Source of the DNA: Actinomycetes bacterium
GTDB lineage: Bacteria > Actinomycetota > Acidimicrobiia > Acidimicrobiales > JAMCQF01
Assembly: GCA_021851885.1 (NCBI GenBank)
Contig: JAJZBS010000001.1
Coordinates: 24,491-88,490 of the forward strand
DNA length: 64,000 bases
Reading direction: 5' to 3'
Position numbers and translations under genes: made by a program. The notes below the pieces were generated by a model. The model was given only the letters and a program-made list of their open reading frames with translations, had not been told where the DNA came from and ran no database searches. Every line of letters begins with the position of its first letter. Position 1 is the stretch's first letter. This document shows positions 9,300-19,263 of the stretch, one piece after another.

Positions 9300-10771
9300 G
9301 ATCCCGCCTCCGTCGCCACGAGACCGCGACCGACGCCGATCCAGCGGGCCTCGGTGACCGTCCTGTTACGCCCCATCAAGATGACGAGCGGCCGCGTGAA
9401 GGTCCACGACGAGACGACATCGAGGATCGTCGACAGCCCGAGGAAGAAGGCGAAGCCACGGACCGCCCCGATGCTCACGATCCACAGCAGCAACGCGGCG
9501 ATGAACGACACGAGGTCCGCCGCGAGGATCGTCCTGAAGGCGCGGGAGAACCCCTTGTCGACCGACGATCGGATGGTGCGCCCCGCGCGCACCTCGTCTT
9601 TTAATCGTTCGAAGAACACGATATAGGAGTCGACCGTGATACCGATCGAGACGATCAAACCCGTCACACCTGATAGGTCAAGGGTAAGCCCCTCGGCGTG
9701 GCCGAGGATCGAGATGATGGCCCACAAGGCGGCCGCTGTCAGGCCCAAGCCGACGACGACGACGAGGCCGAGCGCCCGGTAGTAGAAGATCATGTAGAGC
9801 ATCACGAGCAAGAGCCCGAGGATCCCTGCGGCAAGCCCGGCACGCAGCGACGAGCTGCCGAGGGTGGCCGACACCGTCTGGGTCGTCTGCGGAGTCAGCT
9901 GGACGGGAAGAGCGCCGTAGGAGAGCTCAAGGGCGAGGGTGCTGGCCGTCGTCTGCGTGAAGTTCCCCGTGATCGACCCGGACCCGTTGAAGCTCGTGAA
10001 TGTCTTCTGGTTCGGCTGGATCTGGGGAGCCGAGACGACCTGACCGTCGAGGTCGATGGCGACCTGCTTGTGGAACTGCTGGCCGGCAAGGGTGTCCCAC
10101 TTGGGCGATCCCGCGCTCGTCAGGGTGAAGTTGACCCCCCAGCTGCCGTCCGACTGCAGGGCGGCCTGCGCGCTGTGGATCGCCGAGCCCGTCAGCGGCG
10201 CCGGACCGAGGAGGTAGCGCAAGTTCCCCGCCCCCGAGCCCGATGTCCCTTGGATCAGCACCTGCCTCTGGGGAATGTCTTGAGACTTCGGCGTCGTCGG
10301 GTAAGACGCCAGGTTCGTCGACACGCCGCCGGCCGCGGTGGTGCCCGAGGCACATGACGGCGTCCCCGTCGGCACCGACGAGCTCTTGGCCGGTGGCGTG
10401 TAGGCAGGAGCCAGGCAGAGCACCGGGCGGAACATCAGCTGCGCCGTGGCCCCGACGATCTGGAGCGCCTTCTTCTGGTCTTTGACGCCGGGCAGCTGGA
10501 CGACGATGTCGCCCCCCTGGCTCCCGATGTTCGGCTGGGCGACGCCCAGGGCGTTGACGCGGTTGTTGATGATATTGATCGTCTCGGCGACGTCGCTCGG
10601 CGAGACCTTCTCGTGCGGGTGACCAAGGATCTCCGGCTTGTAGACCACCGAGATCCCCCCGCGCAGGTCGAGGCCCAGAACGGGGGCCCAGTGCGCCAAG
10701 AGGACGCCCGCGAGCCCGGCGATCGCCACCACAGTGCTCACGATCACCGAGATCGCATATCCCCGCCTCAT
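9296..10771 (-). CDS. secD: Protein translocase subunit SecD
   Basis: LGLDLRGGISVVY, GITVDSYIVFFERLKDE, periplasmic-type P1 domain plus six-TM core. The ATG start overlaps the yajC stop (ATGA). Confidence 0.93.
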   Translation of the reverse strand: MRRGYAISVIVSTVVAIAGLAGVLLAHWAPVLGLDLRGGISVVYKPEILGHPHEKVSPSDVAETINIINNRVNALGVAQPNIGSQGGDIVVQLPGVKDQKKALQIVGATAQLMFRPVLCLAPAYTPPAKSSSVPTGTPSCASGTTAAGGVSTNLASYPTTPKSQDIPQRQVLIQGTSGSGAGNLRYLLGPAPLTGSAIHSAQAALQSDGSWGVNFTLTSAGSPKWDTLAGQQFHKQVAIDLDGQVVSAPQIQPNQKTFTSFNGSGSITGNFTQTTASTLALELSYGALPVQLTPQTTQTVSATLGSSSLRAGLAAGILGLLLVMLYMIFYYRALGLVVVVGLGLTAAALWAIISILGHAEGLTLDLSGVTGLIVSIGITVDSYIVFFERLKDEVRAGRTIRSSVDKGFSRAFRTILAADLVSFIAALLLWIVSIGAVRGFAFFLGLSTILDVVSSWTFTRPLVILMGRNRTVTEARWIGVGRGLVATEAGS

Positions 10772-11235
10772 CGCTCGCCCTCCGGAGCCTCTCCCCCGTC
10801 GCCGTCGGGCTCACCGGCGTCGCCTTCTCCGGCCTCCTCACCACTGCCCAGATCCTCCTCGGCGTCCAGGCGCTCGCCAGGGCTGTCCGGGATCGGCGCG
10901 GCCTGGACCCGGCCGGAGATCGCAGCCCGCGTCACGATCAGCTTGGTCCCCGGTCCGGACTCGATCGTGACCCGGTCGTCGTGCTCTTCGATGACCACCC
11001 CGTAGATACCCGACGTCGTCATGACCTCGTCGCCGATCGAGGCGGCCCGTGAGACCTGCTGCTGCTGCTGCATCCGCCGCCGCTGAGGCTTGATCATGAA
11101 GTAGTAGAAGGCGAAGCCGATCGCCCCCAGGAAGAGAAGGAAGTACAAACTGCTCGTCGACGACGAAGAAGCCTTCGTGGTCGTCGACGTTGCCGCGGCA
11201 AGCAGGGCGGCGAATGGGAGCGTGATGGATGCCAT
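10768..11235 (-). CDS. yajC: Preprotein translocase subunit YajC with an acidic Gly/Glu/Asp-rich C-terminal tail
   Basis: Internal ATG at 11235 of the 315-aa track ORF. Single TM, then MIKPQRRRMQQQQQ and GDEVMTTSGIYGVV. The upstream 160 aa of the track ORF are compositional junk. Confidence 0.85.
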   Translation of the reverse strand: MASITLPFAALLAAATSTTTKASSSSTSSLYFLLFLGAIGFAFYYFMIKPQRRRMQQQQQVSRAASIGDEVMTTSGIYGVVIEEHDDRVTIESGPGTKLIVTRAAISGRVQAAPIPDSPGERLDAEEDLGSGEEAGEGDAGEPDGDGGEAPEGER

Positions 11236-11440
11236 GTACGGGTCGCGTTCCTCGGTCTGTCGTCTCTCGGTCGGGCATTCCGGAGAGGGCAGGCGGCCCC
11301 CCCAGCCCCTCTGGGGCGCGGGCGCGCGTCCACCTGGGGCCGGATGCCAACGTGTGACGTTACCGCGCCCCGGTCCCTTCCTGGAGCACACCCCCTGAGC
11401 GGGCCTCCCCCGGCGTCCCCATCGCCGGGCGCCCGGCCCC

Positions 11441-12553
11441 TCAGATGCCGTCACCGCCCCATGTCGCGGCCACCTCGCGCCGCAGGCCGTCCAGGGCATT
11501 CGCGCGCACTGCGGCCCGCACCCTGTCCAGCAGGCGAAAGACCCACGCAAGATTGTGGATGCTGAGCAGGCGCAGGGCCGACGGCTCCCGGACGACGAGC
11601 AGATGGCGCAGGTACGCGCGGCTGTAACGGCTGCACGTCGGGCACGCACAGCCCTCTTCGAGGGGCGCCGTGTCCCCGGCCCATGCCGCCCGTCGCAGGG
11701 AGAACCGCCCGGCATCAGTCAGGATCGTCCCGTGGCGCGCGGCCCGGGTCGGTGCGACGCAGTCGAACATGTCGACGCCGAGGGCCACGGCCTCGACGAT
11801 CCCCACGGCGTCTCCGACCCCCATGAGGTACCGCGGCCGATCCTCGGGCAGTGCTGCGATGGCTGCGGCGAGCGCCGCCAGCATCTCCTCCCGGGGCTCG
11901 CCGACCGAGAGCCCACCGATCCCGTAGCCATCAAAGCCCGTCGTCGCACTGCGCTCGGCGCTCTCGCGCCGCAGGGCTAGGTCGCAGCCGCCCTGGACGA
12001 TGCCGAACAGCGCCTGGTCGCTGCGGCGGTGGGCTCGTTTCGCCCGCCGGGCCCAAGCGTCCGTCCTCTCGACGGCGCTCCGCAGCTCCTGGACCGGGCT
12101 CGGCCAGGGAGCGCAGACGTCGAGGACCATCTGGATGTCAGCCCCGAGCTGCTCTTGGACCTCGACGGCGCTCTCCGGCGTCAGCCGCGCCCGTGATCCG
12201 TCGTAGACGGACCGGAAGTTGATCCCGTCGTCGTCGACGGGCGCGCCGAGCGAGTACGCCTGGTACCCGCCGGAGTCGGTCAGCGTCAGCCCGCGCCAGG
12301 CCGAGAACTCCCCGACCCCGCCGGCCGCGGCCACGACGGCGGCGCCGGGACGGAGCATCAAGTGGTAAGCGTTCGCCAGCAGCACCTCCGCACCGGCCCC
12401 TTCGACGTCGGCGCTGTCCAGAGCCTTGACGCTCGCGCGGGTGCCGACCGGCATGAAGCACGGTGTCGTGAAAGACCCTGCGGGAAGCCGCACCGTGGCC
12501 ACCCGCGCCGCCCCGTCCCGGGCGATGACCTCGACGGATGCCGGCGCGCTCAC
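11441..12553 (-). CDS. tgt: Queuine tRNA-ribosyltransferase (tRNA-guanine transglycosylase)
   Basis: TPCFMPVGTRASVK, LANAYHL, GGLSVGE, zinc site CACPTCSRYSRAYLRHL. The GTG at 12553 overlaps the queA stop (GTGA). Confidence 0.92.
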   Translation of the reverse strand: MSAPASVEVIARDGAARVATVRLPAGSFTTPCFMPVGTRASVKALDSADVEGAGAEVLLANAYHLMLRPGAAVVAAAGGVGEFSAWRGLTLTDSGGYQAYSLGAPVDDDGINFRSVYDGSRARLTPESAVEVQEQLGADIQMVLDVCAPWPSPVQELRSAVERTDAWARRAKRAHRRSDQALFGIVQGGCDLALRRESAERSATTGFDGYGIGGLSVGEPREEMLAALAAAIAALPEDRPRYLMGVGDAVGIVEAVALGVDMFDCVAPTRAARHGTILTDAGRFSLRRAAWAGDTAPLEEGCACPTCSRYSRAYLRHLLVVREPSALRLLSIHNLAWVFRLLDRVRAAVRANALDGLRREVAATWGGDGI

Positions 12554-13578
12554 CGGTCCCCCGACGGGCGGGCCCGCGCGACAAGCATCGCGTCGCCGAA
12601 GGAGAGGAACCGATAACCCGCCTCCAGCGCGACTTGGTACAGCTCGCGCCAACGTGGCCCCGCGAACGCGTCGAGGAGCAGCAGCAGGGACGAGCGCGGA
12701 AGATGGAAGTTCGTCATCAAGACGTCGACGACGCGGAACGGGTAGTCGCCGCGTATGTACAGCGAGGTCCTCCCCTCCAGCTCCCCGCTCGCCGCTGCCG
12801 ATTCCAAGGCGCGCACCGTCGTCGTCCCCACGGCGACGACCCGCCGAGCTGCGGAGCACGCCGCCATCGTCGCCTCGGGAACTGCGTAACGCTCGCTGTG
12901 CATCTTGTGCTCGGCTGGATCGTCCCCACGCACGGGCGTAAAGGTGTCGAGCCCGACTGCGAGGTCGACCGTCACGATCTTGACCCCGCGCGCCCGGCAA
13001 GCCGCGAGCACGGCGTCGGTCAGATGCAGGCCCGCCGTCGGGGCCGCCACCGAACCGGGGAGGCGCCCGTAGACGGTCTGGTAACGCTCGGGGTCGCTGA
13101 GGGCCCGGTGGATGTAGGGCGGCAGCGCCAATACCCCGTGCTCCTCAGCGACGCTCGATTCGAAAAGCGTGACCTGGCGACGCCCGCCCTCGCCACACGG
13201 CTCTCCGACCTCGGCGACCGGCCGGGACGGGTTCTCGGGCAGGAACAGAGGTGTCCCTGCAGCGACACGGCGCGAGCGCCGCACGAGTGCCTCGACGACG
13301 ACCGCAGTGCCCGCCTCGCCGGCGGCTCTGGGCGCCGGTTCGACCAAGAGCAGCTCCACCGCACCGCCGGTCGCCTTGCGCAGCACGATCCGAGCGGGTG
13401 ACACCCTCGTCTCGTTGAGGACCAGCACGTCGCCCGGCTCGAGCTCCGACGGCAGGCCGCCAACCTCTGTGTGGCGGATCTGAGCGTGGGTCGCGATGAG
13501 GAGGCGAGCTGCGCTGCGTGGCTCAGCCGGAGACTGCGCGATCGCCTGCTCGGGGAGCGGGTAGTCGAAGCTGGCCAT
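12550..13578 (-). CDS. queA: S-adenosylmethionine:tRNA ribosyltransferase-isomerase
   Basis: [28 protein letters not shown]-terminus, [33 protein letters not shown] at 13578 with GGAG 5 nt upstream. Confidence 0.9.
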   Translation of the reverse strand: MASFDYPLPEQAIAQSPAEPRSAARLLIATHAQIRHTEVGGLPSELEPGDVLVLNETRVSPARIVLRKATGGAVELLLVEPAPRAAGEAGTAVVVEALVRRSRRVAAGTPLFLPENPSRPVAEVGEPCGEGGRRQVTLFESSVAEEHGVLALPPYIHRALSDPERYQTVYGRLPGSVAAPTAGLHLTDAVLAACRARGVKIVTVDLAVGLDTFTPVRGDDPAEHKMHSERYAVPEATMAACSAARRVVAVGTTTVRALESAAASGELEGRTSLYIRGDYPFRVVDVLMTNFHLPRSSLLLLLDAFAGPRWRELYQVALEAGYRFLSFGDAMLVARARPSGDR

Positions 13579-14794
13579 CGTCTCCGGTGTGCCCGGCCTC
13601 GCCGGCCCCGCTGTCCCCAATCCACTGTCCACCGGGCCAGTCTCCGCCAAGGCCCGGGGGCGGCTCCAACCCGAGATGGGCCCAGCCGGCTGACGTGGCG
13701 AGACGGCCACGCGGCGTACGGAGAAGAAGGCCTTGGCGCAGGAGATAGGGCTCGTAGACCTCCTCGATGGTGTCAGGCTCTTCGCCGACGCAGTGCGCGA
13801 GCGTCGTCAAGCCGACCGGACGGCCGTGGAAGCGATCGCACAGGGCCGTCAGGATCGACCTGTCGACATCGTCCAGACCGCGTCCGTCGACGCCGAACAG
13901 GTCGAGCGCCTGCGCCGCGATCGCGCCAGTCACCGCCCCGGCGGCGCGCATCTCGGCGAAGTCCCGGACCCTCCGCAACAGGCGGTGGGCGATGCGTGGG
14001 GTTCCCCGGGACCGCCGGGCAACCTCATCGGCGCCGGCGGCGTCGATGGCCACGCCCAGGATGCGGGCCCCCCGCTCGACGATCGCCCGCAGCTCGCTTG
14101 GAGCGTAGTAGTCGACGTGGCTTACGAAACCAAACCGGTCACGCAACGGGCCCGACAGCAACCCGGTACGTGTCGTCGCTCCGACGAGGGTGAAGCGCGG
14201 GAGGTCGAGACGGATGACGCGGGCCGTCGGACCCCGCCCGATGACGATGTCGATCTGGAACTCCTCCATCGCCGGATACAGGATCTCGCCGACCACGGTT
14301 GGGAGACGGTGGATCTCGTCGATGAACAGCACGTCTCCGGGCTGGAGGTCGGTCAGGATCGCCGCCAGGTCCCCGCCGCGCACCAGCGCCGGCCCCGATG
14401 TCACCCGCAACCCCACGCCCATCTCGGCCGCGACGATCCCGGCGAGCGAGGTCTTCCCGAGGCCGGGTGGCCCGGCGAAGAGCAGATGATCGGCCGGCTG
14501 GCCGCGCTGATGGGCCGCTCCGAGCACGATCTCCAGGTGCTCCTTAAGGCGCCGCTGGCCGAGGAAGTCGGCAAGGCGCCGCGGGCGCAGCGACGCTTCT
14601 TCGGCCTCTTCCTCCGGATCGGTCTGATCGGCTACGGGATCAACCGGGCGTCCCGTCGCCCCGGCACCACCCGCCTGCGTCCGGTCGCCCCGGGGGGGGG
14701 CGCCCGGCTCCGGCTCGCCGTGCGCGGCGTGCTCCAGTCTGTCGACCGTCTCGCCGTCGTGGCGCTCGGCCACCAGCTCACGCCGGGGGCTCAC
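13523..14794 (-). CDS. ruvB: Holliday junction branch migration helicase RuvB, with acidic N-terminal and Gly-rich C-terminal extensions
   Basis: [12 protein letters not shown], Walker [39 protein letters not shown]. The GTG start overlaps the ruvA stop (GTGA). The C-terminal tail overlaps the queA start by 56 nt. Confidence 0.92.
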   Translation of the reverse strand: MSPRRELVAERHDGETVDRLEHAAHGEPEPGAPPRGDRTQAGGAGATGRPVDPVADQTDPEEEAEEASLRPRRLADFLGQRRLKEHLEIVLGAAHQRGQPADHLLFAGPPGLGKTSLAGIVAAEMGVGLRVTSGPALVRGGDLAAILTDLQPGDVLFIDEIHRLPTVVGEILYPAMEEFQIDIVIGRGPTARVIRLDLPRFTLVGATTRTGLLSGPLRDRFGFVSHVDYYAPSELRAIVERGARILGVAIDAAGADEVARRSRGTPRIAHRLLRRVRDFAEMRAAGAVTGAIAAQALDLFGVDGRGLDDVDRSILTALCDRFHGRPVGLTTLAHCVGEEPDTIEEVYEPYLLRQGLLLRTPRGRLATSAGWAHLGLEPPPGLGGDWPGGQWIGDSGAGEAGHTGDDGQLRLPAPRAGDRAVSG

Positions 14795-15441
14795 CGGACC
14801 GCACCGGCCGATCGCAGGGCGACGCGCAACAGTTCCTCCGGCGACCCGTCGACCGGAAGGTCCCTCGTGGCATCCCGGGCTTCTTCGTTGCTGAAGCCGA
14901 GCTCGCAGAGAGCGGCGCGCACCTCGGCATGGGAGCGCCGTGCGCCGTTGCGCGCGTGCGCTTGGCCCGCCGCATGGCCGGGTGGATCGCCGGCGGCTGC
15001 GGCGCTCCGCGATCCACGGTCGATCGTCGCCGTCAGGGAAGCGAGGCGCGACTTGAGATCCAGCACGAGGCGCGCAGCCGTCTTGCGGCCGATGCCCGGC
15101 ACTGTGGTCAGGGCGTCGAGGTCGTCGTCGGCGACCGCCATGCAGAGCTCGTCCGGCGAAAGCACCGACAGCACCGACAAGGCGAGGGATGGCCCGACTC
15201 CGTGTGCATCGAGGAGGGCCTCGAAACAGGAACGTTGGACGCGCGACGCGAACCCGTAGAGCACGATCGCGTCCTCGCGTACGTGCGTGTGCACCGACAC
15301 CGTGATCTGAGACCCGACCGGACCCAGGTCGGCGGCGACCCCGAGTGGGGCGAGGACCCGGTAGCCGACGCCTCCGCAGTCGACAAGAAGCTCACCGGTG
15401 TCGATCTTGTCGGCGAGAACGCCGCGCAGCGCTCCGATCAC
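14791..15441 (-). CDS. ruvA: Holliday junction DNA helicase RuvA
   Basis: [11 protein letters not shown]-fold N-terminus, HhH region ([32 protein letters not shown]), C-terminal domain III. Confidence 0.92.
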   Translation of the reverse strand: MIGALRGVLADKIDTGELLVDCGGVGYRVLAPLGVAADLGPVGSQITVSVHTHVREDAIVLYGFASRVQRSCFEALLDAHGVGPSLALSVLSVLSPDELCMAVADDDLDALTTVPGIGRKTAARLVLDLKSRLASLTATIDRGSRSAAAAGDPPGHAAGQAHARNGARRSHAEVRAALCELGFSNEEARDATRDLPVDGSPEELLRVALRSAGAVR

Positions 15442-15445
15442 CCCG

Positions 15446-15964
15446 TCACCCCTCTCGTCGACCGCCTGTGCCCGCCCGCTCGACGGCCGCCGCCAGGGGC
15501 GCGAGCGTCAGATGGCAGATTGCCAGGCCCAACGCGTCGGCGACATCGGGCGGGGATGGAGGGGCATCAAGCCCGGCAAGGCGCGCGACCATGCGCTGGA
15601 CCTGCTCTTTGGTCGCGCCTCCGTAGCCGACGACTGCCTCTTTGACCTCGTTCGACGTGTACTGGGCCACCGCGCAGCCCGCCTCCGCCGCCGCAGCGAG
15701 GGCAAGCCCGCTGGCCTGGCCGACCGACATCGCCGTGCGCACGTTCGTCTGGAAGAAGACACGCTCGACGGCCACGGCGTCTGGGGAGCACTCCCGGATC
15801 ACGGCGCTGAGCTCCCGGGAGAGCTCGGCAAGGCGCCCCGGCAACGGTGCGCGGGGGTCCGTCGTCAGCACTCCCGCGGCGATCGTCCGGAAGCCCGGGC
15901 CGTCACGGGTCACGCATCCGTATCCGCACCGGGAGAGCCCGGGATCGACGCCGAGGACGAACAT
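15446..15964 (-). CDS. ruvC: Crossover junction endodeoxyribonuclease RuvC
   Basis: MFVLGVDPGLSRCGYG start (ATG at 15964) and RNase H-like fold motifs (GYGGATKEQVQRMV, DVADALGLAICH). Confidence 0.9.
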   Translation of the reverse strand: MFVLGVDPGLSRCGYGCVTRDGPGFRTIAAGVLTTDPRAPLPGRLAELSRELSAVIRECSPDAVAVERVFFQTNVRTAMSVGQASGLALAAAAEAGCAVAQYTSNEVKEAVVGYGGATKEQVQRMVARLAGLDAPPSPPDVADALGLAICHLTLAPLAAAVERAGTGGRREG

Positions 15965-16070
15965 GCGTTCGAGACTAGCGAAACCCGCCAACGCCGGGGT
16001 GGATCCTCTCTGCCCAGGTGACGCGTGCGGGCAGCATCCGGCCCGTCCGCATACCCTGCCCGAGAGCCGA

Positions 16071-16115
16071 CCCGCTGCCGCCTACCCCGCTGCCGCCTAC
16101 CCCGCTGCCGCCTCC
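16071..16115. repeat. Three tandem 15-nt units (cccgctgccgcctac x2, then cccgctgccgcctcc) spanning the yebC stop codon
   Basis: Read directly from the sequence. On the coding strand the region reads GAG GCG GCA GCG GGG TAG GCG GCA GCG GGG TAG GCG GCA GCG GGT. Confidence 0.9.
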
Positions 16116-16846
16116 AGCACCTTGTCGGGGATATCGAAGTTGGCCCAGACGTTCTGGACGTCGTCGTGGTCATCGAGAGCCTCGAGCAGGCGCAGGATGC
16201 GGCGGGCGTCGCCCTCGTCGGCAACCGGCACCGACTGGCTCGGCACCATCGCGAGGTCTGCTGACGTCACCGATATCCCCGCTGCTTCCAACGCCGATCG
16301 CACGGCCCCGAGGTCGGCAGGTGCGCAGGTGAGGACCCACTGCGACCCTTCGTCGGACAGGTCCTCGGCTCCAGCGTCGACGGCAACCTCCATGACACGG
16401 TCCTCGTCTTCGGAACGGCCGAGCACGACGAGGCCCTTACGTTCGAACTGCCAGGAGACCGCCCCCGGCTCGGCCATGCTTCCCCCGCTTCGCGAGAAGA
16501 TGCTGCGAACTTCAGCCCCCGTGCGGTTGCGGTTGTCTGACAGGCATTCGACGATCACGGCGACCCCGCACGGGGCATACCCCTCATAGGCGATCGCCTC
16601 GTACCGCACGCCGTCGAGCTCGCCCGCACCGCGCTTGATCGCCCGCTCGATCGTGTCCATCGGGACCGACGCGTCGCGGGCTTTCTGGAACATCGTGCGA
16701 AGGGTCGCGTTGGCATTGATGTCGGCGCCACCCTCGCGTGCGGCAACCTCGAGCTGGCGGATCAGCTTGGCAAAAAGCTTGCCACGCGCTTTGTCGAGAG
16801 CGCCTTTCCGGTGCTTGGTCGTCGCCCACTTGGAGTGCCCTGACAT
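16097..16846 (-). CDS. YebC/PmpR family DNA-binding transcriptional regulator
   Basis: MSGHSKWATTKHRKGALDKARGKLFAKL and the full-length 249-aa family architecture. Confidence 0.92.
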   Translation of the reverse strand: MSGHSKWATTKHRKGALDKARGKLFAKLIRQLEVAAREGGADINANATLRTMFQKARDASVPMDTIERAIKRGAGELDGVRYEAIAYEGYAPCGVAVIVECLSDNRNRTGAEVRSIFSRSGGSMAEPGAVSWQFERKGLVVLGRSEDEDRVMEVAVDAGAEDLSDEGSQWVLTCAPADLGAVRSALEAAGISVTSADLAMVPSQSVPVADEGDARRILRLLEALDDHDDVQNVWANFDIPDKVLEAAAG

Positions 16847-16862
16847 CAGAGCGTCCCCCCTT

Positions 16863-17501
16863 TCATCGTATTGCGATCTTGTGAGGATGGGGCGTCTTGA
16901 TGCCCGACACGAACATCTCGTGAATGCGCCGGTCCGTTGTCAACTCGGGATGAAATGCCGTCACAGTGATAGCGCCCTGCCGGCACGCCACGGCGCGGCA
17001 GCCCATCGGCGTATCGATCTCGGCAAGCACTTCCACGGCCGGGCCGGCCTCCTCGATGACGGGTGCCCGGATGAACACGGCCCGCACGGGCGGGCCCGGA
17101 CAACCGGCAACGACGACATCACTCTCAAAAGAGCTCACCTGGCGCCCGAACGCGTTCCTGCGCACGACGATGTCCATCGCGCCGAAGCTGCGCTGGTCGG
17201 GCCGGCCGTCGACGACCTCGCGGGCAAGCAGGATCAAGCCGGCGCACGTCCCGAGGACGGGGAGCCCGGCCGCGATCAACGCGTCGAGCGGCTCGACGAT
17301 CCCGGAGGAGGACAAGAGCAGGGAGAGAGTCGTCGACTCTCCGCCCGGGATGACGAGACCCGCCAGATCCCCGAGGTCCGCCGGCCTCCGGACCGGGACG
17401 GGAAGCGCGCCAACCTCAGCGAGAGCGGTGGCATGCGCGGCAACGTCGCCCTGGAGCGCCAGAACCCCGATTCGCAGACGCCCGGCGCCACCCTCTCCCA
17501 C
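16863..17501 (-). CDS. pdxT: Pyridoxal 5'-phosphate synthase glutaminase subunit PdxT
   Basis: IGVLALQGD, GTCAGLILLA (catalytic Cys), FHPELT. Lies immediately downstream of pdxS. Confidence 0.92.
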   Translation of the reverse strand: MGEGGAGRLRIGVLALQGDVAAHATALAEVGALPVPVRRPADLGDLAGLVIPGGESTTLSLLLSSSGIVEPLDALIAAGLPVLGTCAGLILLAREVVDGRPDQRSFGAMDIVVRRNAFGRQVSSFESDVVVAGCPGPPVRAVFIRAPVIEEAGPAVEVLAEIDTPMGCRAVACRQGAITVTAFHPELTTDRRIHEMFVSGIKTPHPHKIAIR

Positions 17502-17534
17502 CTGGGGGCACCTCGTCGGGCCGGCTGCCCACGC

Positions 17535-18416
17535 TCACCAGCCCCTGTCCGCAAGACGCGTCTCGAGACCGGCGACCTCAAGACCCGGCATCGCCGCTCC
17601 GAGCCCTGTGCTCACCTTGGCCACGATCTCGGGATCGGTCGGATGCGCGGTGGCCTCGACGATCGCTCGGGCGCGGCGAGCGGGGTCCTCGCTGCGGAAG
17701 ATCCCGGACCCGACGAACACGGCCTCGGCGCCGATCTGCATGACGAGGGCCGCGTCAGCCGGAGTGGCCAGTCCCCCCGCACAGAACAGCGGAACCGGCA
17801 AGCGGCCCGCTCCAGCAACTTCTTCGACGAGGTCGACGGGAGCCGCGAGCTCCTTCGCCCACCGGAACCTCTCCTCGCGTGGCGCCGCGGCGAGGGCACC
17901 GATGTCTCCGAGGATCGAACGTAGGTGCCGAACGGCTTCGACCACGTTGCCGGTCCCGGCCTCCCCCTTGGAGCGGATGAGGGCCGCTCCTTCAGCGACG
18001 CGGCGCAGAGCCTCGCCCAGGTTGGTCGCACCGCAGACGAAGGGGACCGCGAAGGCCCACTTGTCGATATGGTGAGCCTCGTCGGCCGGTGTCAGCACCT
18101 CGCTCTCGTCGACGTAGTCGACCTCCAGGGCTTGGAGCACCTGGGCTTCGGCGAAGTGACCGATGCGGGCCTTGGCCATCACCGGGATCGTCACGGCCGC
18201 CTTGATCGCTTCGATGAGGGCGGGATCGCTCATCCGGGCAACCCCTCCGTCACGACGGATGTCGGCCGGGACTCTCTCCAGGGCCATGACGGCGACCGCC
18301 CCGGCATCCTCGGCTATGCGAGCCTGCTCGGCCGTCACGACGTCCATGATCACACCGCCCCGCAGCATCTCTGCGAGACCGCGTTTGACCCGCGCCGTTG
18401 CCTTCTCTTGTGTCAC
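17535..18416 (-). CDS. pdxS: Pyridoxal 5'-phosphate synthase lyase subunit PdxS
   Basis: [50 protein letters not shown]. Confidence 0.95.
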   Translation of the reverse strand: MTQEKATARVKRGLAEMLRGGVIMDVVTAEQARIAEDAGAVAVMALERVPADIRRDGGVARMSDPALIEAIKAAVTIPVMAKARIGHFAEAQVLQALEVDYVDESEVLTPADEAHHIDKWAFAVPFVCGATNLGEALRRVAEGAALIRSKGEAGTGNVVEAVRHLRSILGDIGALAAAPREERFRWAKELAAPVDLVEEVAGAGRLPVPLFCAGGLATPADAALVMQIGAEAVFVGSGIFRSEDPARRARAIVEATAHPTDPEIVAKVSTGLGAAMPGLEVAGLETRLADRGW

Positions 18417-18456
18417 GGTTCGATTCTACGCGATGGCTACCACGATGTCGGCGCCA

Positions 18457-19263
18457 TCACAGCTCGGCCAACAGCTCGATGCGCTCGGAGAACGTGTCGA
18501 CCCGCGCGTGGCGGGATGCCGGCACGGGGGCGATCCAGGACCGGGCCAGGGATCGGACCGCGGCCGAGACCTGGCGCCGGCCCCCGCTCGCTCCCACGTC
18601 GCTGACCGGGGCGATCTTCTCAAGGGCCTTGAGGAGCCCGGGAGGATAGCGGGTAAGGCGGGTCGCGACCCGGTCGGCCTCCATCTCCCGGCTCTCCCCG
18701 ACGAAGCGTTCCAACAGCTTGTTGCCGGCACCAGTCCACGGAAGGAGGGTCCCGACGGCCGCCACCATCGTCGCCACAGCGATGTCGTTGCGCTCGACAT
18801 GAGCGAGCTCGTGGGCGATGACGCCTTCCAACTCGATCCTCGTCAACGAATCGAGGAGGCCGCGTGTCACCACGAGAGCCGCAGCCCGGCTGTCGTTCCC
18901 GAGAGCGACGGCGTTGGCGGCCGCGTCGTCGATGACGTACACCGCGGGCTTGGTGATCCCCGCGGTGGCGCAGAGGCCCTCGACGAGGTTGTGCAGGCGC
19001 GCCTCGTCGGCTGCCGGCGCCACGTGGGCACCGAGGCGGGACAGCAGCAGGCGTGTTCCCGCACGCCACACCGCGAAGGATGCACCGGCGGCCGCAACGA
19101 CGCCGGCCGCGGCTCCGATGGGCCAGCCGGCGACGAGACCCACAATGACGGCGAGGACGACCAGGACCGGCACTCCCGTGCCGGCCGCGATGGCAAGCGC
19201 CTGCCGCCTGTTGGCGTCGGCGACAGGACGCCCTGCGGCGGTGCGCGTGGTCGACGTGCTCAT
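18457..19263 (-). CDS. M48 family (HtpX-like) membrane metalloprotease
   Basis: Two N-terminal TM segments, HEXXH motif (IAHELAHVERND), and downstream Glu in SREMEAD. The ATG start overlaps the pimA stop (ATGA). Confidence 0.8.
   Translation of the reverse strand: MSTSTTRTAAGRPVADANRRQALAIAAGTGVPVLVVLAVIVGLVAGWPIGAAAGVVAAAGASFAVWRAGTRLLLSRLGAHVAPAADEARLHNLVEGLCATAGITKPAVYVIDDAAANAVALGNDSRAAALVVTRGLLDSLTRIELEGVIAHELAHVERNDIAVATMVAAVGTLLPWTGAGNKLLERFVGESREMEADRVATRLTRYPPGLLKALEKIAPVSDVGASGGRRQVSAAVRSLARSWIAPVPASRHARVDTFSERIELLAEL

Noticed and set aside
16071-16115. CRISPR array hypothesis for the 15-nt tandem arrays (also 45913-45962 and 60231-60305)
   Set aside because: The units are directly adjacent with no spacers, are only 15 nt long, lie inside or at the end of CDSs, and no cas genes are present.
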